Assembly (NCBI RefSeq): GCF_035084215.1 | Contig: NW_027139264.1 | Coordinates: forward strand, 124,001 to 188,000 | DNA length: 64,000 nucleotides | Source: Heptranchias perlo | Lineage: Eukaryota | Direction of reading: 5' to 3' | Shown here: positions 13,305-23,899 of the stretch, piece by piece | Numbering within the stretch: the stretch's first letter is position 1 | Layout: the number at the start of each line of letters is the position of its first letter | The notes under the pieces: generated by a model | What the model saw: the letters and a program-made list of their open reading frames with translations, nothing else | What the model was told of the DNA's origin: nothing | Databases searched by the model: none | Program-made: the position numbers and the translations under genes

Positions 13305-13347
13305 AATTCACAAGCTTTCGGAGATTTCCTCCTTCCTCAGGCAAATG
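13305..13347 (-). ncRNA. Minimal hammerhead ribozyme (left Penelope pLTR)
   Basis: Reverse complement of 16108-16150. Confidence 0.82.
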
Positions 13348-13589
13348 TTTCAAGAGCTCCTTGAAGCCTACGCATTTATACATATAGAACAATACATGGT
13401 GTTTACAGACTGCCCCTGCAACTGCCCGTTGCCAAGGCAATCACCGTGTTCAGACAGAGAGGTGTCACCTGCAGAACCCCCGAATACACATTCAACAAAA
13501 AAACAAACAGGGAAAAAAAACAGAGAAAAAAAACAGAGAGAGGCAGAAACATCCGGAAGGCAGAGAGAGCCAGCAAATGACCCATTATA

Positions 13590-14790
13590 TTAAAAACAGA
13601 TAACATTTGTTCGCTGGTGGGGTAACGTGTAGCGTGACATGAACCCAAGATCCCGGTTGAGGCCGTCCTCATGGGTGCGGAACTTGGCTATCAATTTCTG
13701 CTCGACGATTTTGCGTTGTCGTGTGTCTCGAAGGCCGCCTTGGAGTATGCTTACCCGAAGGTCGGTGGATGAATGTCCATGACTGCTGAAGTGTTCCCCG
13801 ACTGGGAGGGAACCCTCCTGTTTGGCGATTGTTGCGCGGTGTCCGTTCATCCGTTGTCGCAGCGTCTGCATGGTCTCGCCAATGTACCATGCTCTGGGGC
13901 ATCCTTTCCTGCAACGTATGAGGTAGACAACGTTGGCCGAGTCACAGGAGTATGAACCATGCACCTGGTGGGTGGTGTCCTCTCGTGTGATGGTGGTATC
14001 TGTGTCGATGATCTGGCATGTCTTGCAGAGGTTACCGTGGCAGGGTTGTGTGGTGTCGTGGACGCTGTTCTCTTGAAAGCTAGGTAGTTTGCTGCGAACG
14101 ATGGTCTGTTTGAGGTTGGGTGGCTGTTTAAAGGCGAGTAGTGGAGGTGTGGGGATGGCCATAGCGAGATGTTTGTCCTCATTGATGACATGTTGAAGGC
14201 TGCGGAGAACATGGCGTAGTTTCTCCGCTCCGGGGAAGTACTGGACGACAAAGGGTACTCTGTTGGTTGCGTCCCGTGTTAGTCTCCTGAGGAGGTCTAT
14301 GCGATTTTTTGCTGTGGCCCGTCGGAACTGTCGATCGATGAGTCGAGCGTCATATCCCGTTCTTACTAGGGCGTCTTTCAGCGTCTGTAGGTGTCCATCG
14401 CGTTCCTCCTCGTCTGAGCAGACCCTGTGTATTCGCAGGGCCTGTCCATAGGGGATGGCCTCTTTGACGTGGTTAGGGTGGAAGCTGGAAAAGTGGAGCA
14501 TCGTGAGGTTGTCCGTGGGCTTGCGGTAGAGTGAGGTGCTGAGGTGCCCGTCTTTGATGGAGATTCGTGTGTCCAAGAAAGAAACTGATTCTGAGGAGTA
14601 GTCCATGGTGAGCTTGATGGTGGGATGGAACTTGTTGATGTTATCGTGTAGTCTCTTTAGTGATTCCTTGCCGTGGGTCCATAGAAAGAAAATGTCGTCG
14701 ATGTATCTGGTGTATAGTGTTGGTTGGAGGTCTTGTGCAGTGAAGAAGTCCTGCTCGAACTTGTGCATGAAAATGTTGGCGTATTGGGGT
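13590..14790 (-). pseudogene. Penelope RT C-terminal half (YIDD) + GIY-YIG endonuclease, 5'-truncated
   Basis: YTRYIDDIF, FLD, YRKPT, VVYLIRC...WYIGET motifs. Confidence 0.92.
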
Positions 14791-15865
14791 ATCACTAAAG
14801 AGACTACACGATAACATCAACAAGTTCCATCCCACCATCAAGCTCACCATGGACTACTCCTCAGAATCAGTTTCTTTCTTGGACACACGAATCTCCATCA
14901 AAGACGGGCACCTCAGCACCTCACTCTACTGCAAGCCCACGGACAACCTCACGATGCTCCACTTTTCCAGCTTCCACCCTAACCACGTCAAAGAGGCCAT
15001 CCCCTATGGACAGGCCCTGCGAATACACAGGGTCTGCTCAGACGAGGAGGAACGCGATGGACACCTACAGACGCTGAAAGACGCCCTAGTAAGAACGGGA
15101 TATGACGCTCGACTCATCGATCGACAGTTCCGACGGGCCACAGCAAAAAATCGCATAGACCTCCTCAGGAGACTAACACGGGACGCAACCAACAGAGTAC
15201 CCTTTGTCGTCCAGTACTTCCCCGGAGCGGAGAAACTACGCCATGTTCTCCGCAGCCTTCAACATGTCATCAATGAGGACAAACACCTCGCTATGGCCAT
15301 CCCCACACCTCCACTACTCGCCTTTAAACAGCCACCCAACCTCAAACAGACCATCGTTCGCAGCAAACTACCTAGCTTTCAAGAGAACAGCGTCCACGAC
15401 GCCACACAACCCTGCCACGGTAACCTCTGCAAGACATGCCAGATCAACGACACAGATACTACCATCACACGAGAGGACACCACCCACCAGGTGCATGGTT
15501 CATACTCCTGTGACTCGGCCAACGTTGTCTACCTCATACGTTGCAGGAAAGGATGCCCCAGAGCATGGTACATTGGCGAGACCATGCAGACGCTGCGACA
15601 ACGGATGAACGGACACCGCGCAACAATCGCCAAACAGGAGGGTTCCCTCCCAGTCGGGGAACACTTCAGCAGTCATGGACATTCATCCACCGACCTTCGG
15701 GTAAGCGTACTCCAAGGCGGCCTTCGAGACACACGACAACGCAAAATCGTCGAGCAGAAATTGATAGCCAAGTTCCGCACCCATGAGGACGGCCTCAACC
15801 GGGATCTTGGGTTCATGTCACGCTACACGTTACCCCACCAGCGAACAAATGTTATCTGTTTTTAA
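14791..15865 (+). pseudogene. Penelope RT thumb + GIY-YIG endonuclease, 5'-truncated after YIDD
   Basis: Mirror copy of the left arm with a few substitutions (YRK/YCK, IID/IND, DTT/DAT, SIL/SVL). Confidence 0.92.
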
Positions 15866-16107
15866 TATAATGGGTCATTTGCTGGCTCTCTCTGCCTTCC
15901 GGATGTTTCTGCCTCTCTCTGTTTTTTTTCTCTGTTTTTTTTCCCTGTTTGTTTTTTTGTTGAATGTGTATTCGGGGGTTCTGCAGGTGACACCTCTCTG
16001 TCTGAACACGGTGATTGCCTTGGCAACGGGCAGTTGCAGGGGCAGTCTGTAAACACCATGTATTGTTCTATATGTATAAATGCGTAGGCTTCAAGGAGCT
16101 CTTGAAA

Positions 16108-16150
16108 CATTTGCCTGAGGAAGGAGGAAATCTCCGAAAGCTTGTGAATT
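16108..16150 (+). ncRNA. Minimal hammerhead ribozyme (right Penelope pLTR)
   Basis: atttgc-CTGAGGA-a-ggag gaaat ctcc-GAAA-gctt-gtgaat; palindromic AAGCTT stem III typical of dimer-acting PLE hammerheads. Confidence 0.82.
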
Positions 16151-18623
16151 TAAAATAAAATTGCTGGACTATAACTTGGTGTTGTAAAATTGTTTACAAT
16201 TGTCAACCCCAGTCCATCACCGGCATCTCCACATCATCGGCTAATAAAGGCAAGTATCCCATATGCCTTCTTTACCACCTTATCTACCTGTTCCGCCGCC
16301 TTCAGGGATCTGTGAACTTGCACACCAAGATCCCTCTGACCCTCTGTCTTGCCTAGGGTCCTCCCATTCATTGTGTATTCCCTTGCCTTGTTAGTCCCTC
16401 CAAAGTGCATCACCTCGCACTTTTCCGGGTTAAATTCCATTTGCCACTGTTCCGCCCATCTGACCAACCCATCTATATCGTCCTGCAGACTGAGGCTATC
16501 CTCCTCGCTATTTACCACCCTACCAATTTTTGTATCATCAGCGAACTTACTGATCATACCTTTTACATTCATATCCAAGTCGTTAATGTAGTCCACAAAC
16601 AGCAAGGGACCCAGCACCGATCCCTGTGGTACCCCACTGGCCACAGGCTTCCAGTCACAAAAACAACCTTCGACCATCACCCTCTGCCTTCTGCCACTAA
16701 GCCAGTTTTGTATCCAAAGTGCCAAGGCACCCTGGACTCCATGGGCTCGTACCTTCTTGACCAGTCTCCTGTGCGGGACTTTATCGAAGGCCTTACTGAA
16801 ATCCATGTATACCACATCCACTGCGTTACCCTCATCCACACGCCTCGTCACCCCCTCAAAAAATTCAATCAAATTAGTCAGACATGATCTTCCCTTGACA
16901 AAGCCATGTTGACTATCCCTGATTAATCCTTGCTTCTCCAAGTGGAGACTAATTTTGTCCTTCAGAATTTTTTCCAATAATTTTCCTACCACTGATGTTA
17001 GGCTCACTGGCCTGTAGTTCCCCGGTTTTTCCCTACTCCCCTTCTTGAATAATGGTACTACATTAGCGGTTCTCCAGTCCTCTGGCACATCCCCTGTGGC
17101 CAGAGAGGTTCTGAATATATGTGTTAGAGCCCCCGCAATCTCCTCCTTTGCCTCACACAGTAGCCTGGGATACATTTCGTCCGGGCCTGGGGATTTATCC
17201 ATTTTTAGGCCTGCTAAAACCGCCAATACCTCCTCCCGCTCGATGTTAATATGTTCGAGTATATCACAGTCCCCCTGTCGTATTTCTCTGTCTACGTCAT
17301 CCTTCTCCAAAGTGAAAACAGATGCAAAAAATTCATTTAGAACCCCTCCGACATCTTCCGGCTCCACACACAGATTGCCATTTTTGTCCCTAATGGGCCC
17401 TATTTTTTCCCTAGTTATCCTCTTACCCTTAATATACTTATAAAACATCTTAGGATTTTCCTTTATTTTGCTCGCCAGTGTTTTTTCATGGCCCCTCCTT
17501 GATCTCCTAATTTCCTTTTTAAGTATCCCCCTGCACTTTTTGTACTCCTCTAGGGCTTCCTCCGTCCTTAGCCTTTTGTATCTGCCAAAAGCCCTCCTTT
17601 TTTTCCTAATCCATTCTCGTATATCCCCTGACATCCAAGGTTCCCTGGAGTTCTTGGAACCACCCTTGACCTTTACGGGAACATGTTGCCATTGTATGGT
17701 CTCAATCTCCCTTCTGAAAGACTCCCATTGCTCCGATGCGGATTTTCCTACAAGCAGCTGATCCCAGTCCATTTTGGCCAGATCCTGCCTTATCCTATTA
17801 AAATCGGCCTTCCCCCAATTTAGAACCTTTATTTCCGGCCCCTCCCTGTCCTTTTCCATGACCACCTTAAATCTCACTGAATTATGGTCACTGTCACCAA
17901 AGTGCTCACCTACTAGCACTTCTTCCACTTGGCCGGACTCATCCCCTAGAATTAGGTCCAGTACCGCCCCCTCTCTTGTAGGACTTTCGACATGCTGGCT
18001 CAAAAAGCTCTCCTGGATGCACGTTAAGAATTTTGTATCCTCTAAGCCTTTTACACTCTGAGTATCCCAGTTAATATTGGGGAAGTTGAAATCCCCCACT
18101 ATTATTACCCTATTATTTGCACAATTTTCTGAGATTTGCCTACATATCTGTTCCTCTATCTCCCCCTGACTGTTTGGGGGTCTATAGTACACTCCCATCA
18201 AAGTGCTTGCCCCCTTTTTGTTTTTAAGCTCCACCCATATGGCCTCATTTGAGGAACCTGCTAATATATCATCCCTCCTTATGGCAGTAATTGATTCTTT
18301 AATTAATATTGCGACCCCCCCTCCTCTTATACCTCCCCCTCTGTCTCGCCTGAAGATTCTGTACCCCGGAATATTGAGCTGCCAGTCTTGCCCCTCCCTC
18401 AACCATGTCTCTGTGACAGCAACAATGTCATACTCCCATGTGTTTATCAACACCTTCAGTTCATCCACCTTATTTGCAAGACTCCTTGCATTAAAATAGA
18501 TGCCATCCAGCCTTGCTCTTACATATTTGCCCTGTCTTCCAAGCTGACTTGTTTTTTTCTCAATATTTGGCTGCACATCACCCCCTATTGTAGCTCCACT
18601 CTGTATCCCATCCCCCTGCCAAG

Positions 18624-19574
18624 TTAGTTTAAACCCCCCCCAACAGTGCTAGCAAACCTCCCCGCAAGGATATTTGTCCCGCTCTGGTTCAGATGCAACC
18701 CGTCCGACTTGTACAAGTCCCACCTTCCCCAGAAGCAGGCCCAGTGATCCAGGAAACTGAAACCTTCCCTCCTGCACCAACTCTTTTGCCACGCATTCAT
18801 CTGTTCTATCCTCCTATTTCTATACTCACCAGCCCGTGGCATTGGGAGTAATCCAGAGATTACAACCTTTGAGGTCCTGCTCTTTAATCTGCTACCTAGC
18901 TCCCTAAATTCTTGATGCAGGACCTCATCTCCCTTCCTACCTATGTCGTTGGTCCCAATGTGGACCACGACCTCTGCCTGCTCACCCTCCCCCTTGAGAA
19001 TGCCCTGAAGCCGCTCAGTGACATCCATGACCCTGGCACCAGGGAGGCAACAAACCATCCTGGAGTCACGTTTACGGCCACAGAAACGCCTGTCTGTTCC
19101 CCTTACGATAGAATCCCCTACCACTATAGCTCTTCCACTCTTTTTCCTCCCAGCCTGTGCAGCAGAGCTACCCCTGGTGCCAGGAAGTTGGCTGCTGCTG
19201 CCTTCCCCTGATAAGTCATCCCCCTCAACAATATCCAAAGCGGTATATTTGTTTGAGAGGGGGACGGCCACAGAGGACCCCTGCACTGCCTGCCTGCTCC
19301 TCTTACTCTGCCTGGAGGTCACCCACTTACTTCCTGCCTGTACAACCTTTACCTGCGGTGTGACCATCTCACTAAACGTGCTGTCCACGACGTTTTCAGC
19401 ATCGCGAATGCTCCATAATGAATCCATCCGCAGCTCCAGCGCCGCAATGCGGTTTGTCAGTAGCTGCAGCTGGATACATTTCCCGCACACATGGTCGTCA
19501 GGGACACCGGAAGGGTCCCTGATTTCCCACATAGAGCAGGAAGAGCACAACACGAGGCTGGGCTGTCCTGACAT
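18624..19574 (-). CDS. CR1 ORF1p: N-terminal Cys zinc finger / leucine zipper plus SGNH esterase domain (316 aa, intact)
   Basis: CSSC...CGKC, then GDS, HIGTND, DGLH motifs; ATG at 19574, TAA at 18624-18626. Confidence 0.92.
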   Translation of the reverse strand: MSGQPSLVLCSSCSMWEIRDPSGVPDDHVCGKCIQLQLLTNRIAALELRMDSLWSIRDAENVVDSTFSEMVTPQVKVVQAGSKWVTSRQSKRSRQAVQGSSVAVPLSNKYTALDIVEGDDLSGEGSSSQLPGTRGSSAAQAGRKKSGRAIVVGDSIVRGTDRRFCGRKRDSRMVCCLPGARVMDVTERLQGILKGEGEQAEVVVHIGTNDIGRKGDEVLHQEFRELGSRLKSRTSKVVISGLLPMPRAGEYRNRRIEQMNAWQKSWCRREGFSFLDHWACFWGRWDLYKSDGLHLNQSGTNILAGRFASTVGGGLN

Positions 19575-19842
19575 GACTTACCCTTTAACTAATTAATTCA
19601 AATTAAATGAATCCCACCAATTTCACTTCAATTAAAAGGTATACTCAAGGGCCCTTGCTGAACAGCAGTCCCCCACTCCACAACAGAGACCCTAGAATCC
19701 ACAAACTCTAACCTGAGACAAATTCAGCAGGAAAATACTCACCAACCAATCACTTACCTCTTCCTTGGTGACGTCCCACTTTGGATTACTTTTTGCTTCT
19801 TATTTATCTTAGGTCCAGGAGTTAAGTCCGTAGGTCTCTCCG

Positions 19843-20142
19843 AGGTCCGCTCCCGCCTGTAGCTCCGCTCCGAGTGCGGGTAGGCCCTCGAGCCTGGGCC
19901 TTTAGTAGTCTCCGAGTCCCGCGCTCTCTCCTAGGTCCGCTCCCGCCTGTAGCTCCGTCCGAGTGCGGGTAGGCCCTCGAGCCTGGGCCTTTAGTAGTCT
20001 CCGAGTCCCGCGCTCTCTCCTTGGTCCGCTCCCGCCTGTAGCTCCGCTCCGAGTGCGGGTAGGCCCTCGAGCCTGGGCCTTTAGTAGTCTCCTAGTCCCG
20101 CGCTCTCTCCTAGGTCCGCTCCCGCCTGTAGCTCCGCTCCGA
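19843..20142 (-). promoter_or_regulatory. CR1 5' UTR tandem monomers, 90 bp x about 3.3, CpG-rich (probable internal promoter)
   Basis: Unit starts at 19843, 19933, 20022, 20112; lies at the 5' end of the full-length CR1. Confidence 0.7.
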
Positions 20143-21519
20143 GATGGGGACCGAAGACAATGGCTTCAGTCTTCCCAATGTTTAATTGAAGGAAATTTCT
20201 GCTCATCCAATACTGGATGTTGGACAAGCAGTGTGACAAATCGGAAACAGTGGAGGGGTCGAGAGAGGTGGTGGTGAGGTAGAGCTGAGTGTCGTCAGTG
20301 TACTTGTGGAACCTCACGTTTATTGGATGATGTTGTCGAGGGGCAGCGTGTAGATAGGAGGGGACCAAGGATAGATCCTTGGGGAACTCCAGAGATAACG
20401 ATGCAAGAGCAGGAAGTGAACCCACTGCTGGTGATTCTCTGGCTATGACTGGATAGACAAGAATGGAACCAGGCGAGGGCAGTCCCACCCAGCTGGATGA
20501 CGGAGGAGAGGCATTGGAGGAGGACGGTGTGGTCAACCGTGTCAGAGGCTGCAGACAGGTGGAGAAGGATGAGGAGGGATAGTTTACCACGGTCACAGTC
20601 ACAGAGGATGTCATTTGTGACTTTGATAAGGGCCGTTTCAGTGCTGTGGCAGGGATGGAAACCTGATTGGAGGGATTCAAACATGGAGTTGCGGGAAAGA
20701 TGGGCACGGATTTGGGAGACGACAACATGTTCAAGGACTTTGGAGAGGAAAGGGAGGTTGGAGACGGGGCGGGAGTTTGCAAGGACAGAGGGGTCAAAGG
20801 TGGGTTTTTTGAGGAGGGGGTGATGACGGCAGATTTGAAGGGGAGGGGGACAGTACCTGAGAAAAGAGAACAAGATAAAAAGACATTGAGGATGGTTAAA
20901 ACCAAGATCAGGAAGAAAATTAGTCGTAAACAAGTGGGTTATAAAAGTTGGAAGAGAGTTGACATTTCTGTCTCGGACAAGAGGAGCAGCAGACCAGGAT
21001 GGTCAGGGTAGAAGAGGCAACAGACCTTTCAGATGATGTGACCCAGGTTCTCTCGGAGGAAAGTGAGAAGGCGGCTGGATATAATGTGTTAAGTTGAGTC
21101 ATAATGTTTACATTTAGAAATAAAAGAAGTTCGAGTCTTTGTCCTCCTCGCTTCCTGAGTCACATTGAGAATAAAAATAGAAGCTGAGACAAGTTGTACA
21201 ACTGGTTGTGTGAATCAGACTGTGCAGAGAGTCTGTCAAGGCAGGTTTGGTCAATTAATGTGGGAAAAAATAGTCAACAAATTTAACAATTGGCATTCCA
21301 GGTGGGAGAAAAGGTACAGAGGGTTCTTGGGTCATGTAAGAATAACACGGTATGATCAAATGTAGAAACAATACATCAATACAGAAAAGGAATTAATTCA
21401 AATATATCTGCTTCCTGAGTCAATCATAATTACAAACACTGAGACAAGCTGACAGGTAAATCTGCAACCTGGGATATCGAAACACAAAAGTCGAGATGGA
21501 AACATAGCAAACTAATCTT

Positions 21520-22090
21520 TCCCGCACTCTCCCTGACTGTCTCCCCACAGCCCTCTGTCAATCACAAACTGATCCCACTGTCCCGCCCTCTCCATACCCT
21601 GTTTCAATCCCAAAATAACTACAATGCCCCACTCTCTCCCCATAGCCCTGTATCAATCCAAAACTAATCCCACTGCCCCACTCTCTCCCCATGGTCCTGC
21701 ATCAATCCAAAACTAATCCCACTGCCCCACTCTCTCCCCAGAGCCCTGTATCAATCCCAAACTAATCCCACTGTCCCACTCTCCCCCCATAGCCCTGTAT
21801 CAATCCCAAACTAATCCCACTGTTCCACTCTCCCTTACCATAGCCCTGTATCAATCCTAAACTAATCCCACTGTCCCACTCTCCCCCCATAGCCCAGTAT
21901 CAATCCCAAACTAATCCCACTGTCCCACTCTCCCCCCATAGCCCTGTATCAATCCCAAACTAATCCCACTGTCCCACTCTCCCCCCATAATCCTGTATCA
22001 ATCCCAAACTAATCTCACTGCCCCGCCCTCTCCCCATAGCCCCGTGTCAATCCTAAACCAATCCCTTGGCCCTGCTCTCTCCCCAGGACC
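21520..22090. repeat. 49-bp minisatellite (caatcccaaactaatcccactgtcccactctccccccatagccctgtat)n, about 11 units
   Basis: Direct periodicity; unit resembles the CR1 ORF2 terminus in reverse orientation. Confidence 0.9.
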
Positions 22091-22199
22091 CTGTAGCTGG
22101 TACTTGGGGTGGGGATCCCCTGTCAGTACATGGCCGGTGGGGTGGTCCGCACCCCTGGGGTCTCCCTGTCTTTTGTCCGCCATATTCCCGGGGCCATGT

Positions 22200-22540
22200 C
22201 AACCCTCTCCACTTTGACCGATTTTCACTGCTCCCTTCCCCCTCTGTTATTCTGCTGTCACCATTTCCACCTCCTCCGCCTGCATTTGTCCAATTATCAC
22301 CTCCTTTTGCCATTTAACCACTCCTGCTCCCCGCCCTACCACAGACCTTCCCTTTTGTTCTTTCCCTTTTGCCTGATTGCACTTGTTTAAAAGCTGTTCA
22401 CCTCTCCTCTCGACAGTCTCTGTCCACAGTCTGAGTCACAGAACCAGTTGCACAACTCAGTTCTGATGAAAGGTCATCGACCTGAAACGTTAACTCTGTT
22501 TCTTTCTCCACAGATGCTGCCTGACCTGCTGAGTATTTCA
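22200..22540 (+). mobile_element. Old Penelope-derived pLTR remnant
   Basis: Pyrimidine-rich stretch followed by a hammerhead and cacagatgctgcctgacctgctgagtatttc, homologous to the 5403-5483 module. Confidence 0.7.
22459..22496 (+). ncRNA. Minimal hammerhead ribozyme with canonical core
   Basis: agtt-CTGATGA-a-aggtc atc gacct-GAAA-cgtt-aact; AACGTT palindrome. Confidence 0.83.
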
Positions 22541-22554
22541 TAGTGGTATCTTAG

Positions 22555-22970
22555 TATAGTTCAGCACAGAAGGAAGTCATTCAGCCCATCGTGCCTGTGC
22601 TAGCTCTTTGAAAGAGCGATCCAATTAGTCCCACTCCCCTGTGTTTTCCCTACAGCCCTGTAAATCTTTCCCCTTCAAGTATTTATCCAATTCCCATTTG
22701 AAAGTTACTATTGAATCTGCTTCCACCGCCCTTTCAGGCAGTGCATTCCAGATCAGAACAATTCGCTGCGTAAAAAAATGTTTCCTCATCTCCCCTCTGA
22801 TTCTTTTGCCATTAACCTTAAAACTGTGTCATCTGGTTACTGACCCCTCTACCACTGCAAACAGTTTCTGCTTATTTACTCTGTCAAAACAATTCATGAT
22901 TTTGAACACCTCGATCAAATCTCTCCATAACCACCTTTGCTCAAAGGAGAACAACCCCAGTTTCTCCAGT
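22555..22970 (-). mobile_element. Degenerate CR1 3' fragment
   Basis: Similarity to the CR1 3' ends at 12640-13070; a further piece lies near 23515-23625. Confidence 0.8.
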
Positions 22971-23716
22971 CGCTCGAGCATTATCTGTTTTTATGTCTGA
23001 TTTCCCCCAACCGCAGTATTTTGCTTTCGAGCTGGCCACAGAACTCGGCGGGGAAAGTACGGAGAGACGCAGAAATGGTTTCTTTTCTGAATGACTTGGA
23101 AACAGAGGCCGGAGAGGGTGTGAACGAAGATGGGCCTGAGCTGGTAATTCCCAAAGTTAGAGAGCAACTGTGCGTTCTGCCTCGATACATCGAGGCAATA
23201 GGTCGTGAAAGGTTTGTTGAATTCTACGCGCAGGGAGGGAGAGGGCGAAGGTTTAATGATTTCCAATCCCCGCCAAACTAGAACTGACATCGCAACATTA
23301 AAAAAACTCCCGAGACGGGAGCATTTTCCATCACTTTTTAAGATGCTCTCCTGCCTTCAGCCTTCAGCAAGATGTTGGAAGAAATCCAGACAAATAAAAA
23401 TAGTTGTGCACCAGACCAGCCTTCATTTTTGTTGCTTCCCGCTTGATAAAAATTTCCGTTTCATCGCAATTTGCGAGGTTGTCCCAAACGATTGCAACTA
23501 AGCAGGTTCCACTGTATCATTCTGGGGAATCTGCACTGCACCCCCTCCAAGGCCAATATATCCTTCCTGAGCTGCAGTGTCCACAACACAAGATAGTACT
23601 CCAGATGGGCACTAACCAGAGCTCTGGACAACAATATTGCACATTAGCCTGAGAGGGGGAGGTGTGCGAGGGGTTAAATCATCCAAAACACTCATTTTAC
23701 AGATATTTGATACATA

Positions 23717-23722
23717 TTTATT
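23717..23722 (-). terminator. Candidate polyadenylation signal (AATAAA) of the zinc-finger gene
   Basis: Minus-strand AATAAA with a GT-rich element (gagtgttttgg) about 25-35 nt downstream; 1.85 kb beyond the ZNF stop. Confidence 0.4.
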
Positions 23723-23899
23723 ATGCTGGTAAGCAATGGTTAATTCAAGTAACCTGCTCTAATCCACCGGACTTTGAAACTGTTTGTAGGCAGTATCGAG
23801 CATCCCATAATTAAACAGCTTGAAGTAAGGTTACAGTTAGTGAGCTCGAGGCCAAACACAGTCTTAATGAGACCTTCCACTCTCCGGGATTCTTACCCC

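Larger units (their letters stand above)
13256..16236. mobile_element. Penelope-like element: two 5'-truncated copies in inverted head-to-head arrangement, 12-bp TSD
   Basis: Arms about 13256-14664 and 14791-16200 are near-perfect reverse complements; right arm has an extra ~35-nt tail; TSD tcggctaataaa at 13244-13255 and 16237-16248. Confidence 0.96.
12713..18633 (-). pseudogene. CR1 ORF2 (APE endonuclease + reverse transcriptase), open except for the Penelope insertion
   Basis: YFNARS, VTETW, GDFN, SDH (APE); YMDFSKAFDKV, PQGS, FADD (RT); ...AFISR|GIEYKSKEVMMELYK rejoins in frame once 13256-16248 is removed. Confidence 0.93.
12635..20142 (-). mobile_element. Full-length young CR1 LINE (5' UTR monomers, ORF1, ORF2, 3' tail) disrupted by Penelope
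   Basis: Intact ORF1, APE+RT ORF2, 3' tail near 12635-12712; L2 sequence is continuous across both junctions. Confidence 0.95.
9691..20868 (-). mobile_element. L2-type LINE split into three pieces (9691-9735, 11878-12634, 20143-20868) by nested insertions
   Basis: RT motifs (HSTETALIKVTNDI, GVPQGSILGP, YTDDTQLY) at 20081-20933, C-terminus at 11912-12556, (gtt)n tail at 9691; 34-bp flanking direct repeat 9657-9690 / 20869-20902. Confidence 0.88.

Noticed and set aside
23178-23197. Perfect short inverted repeat tgcctcgat-ac-atcgaggca
   Set aside because: A single short hairpin is expected by chance in 64 kb; no supporting context
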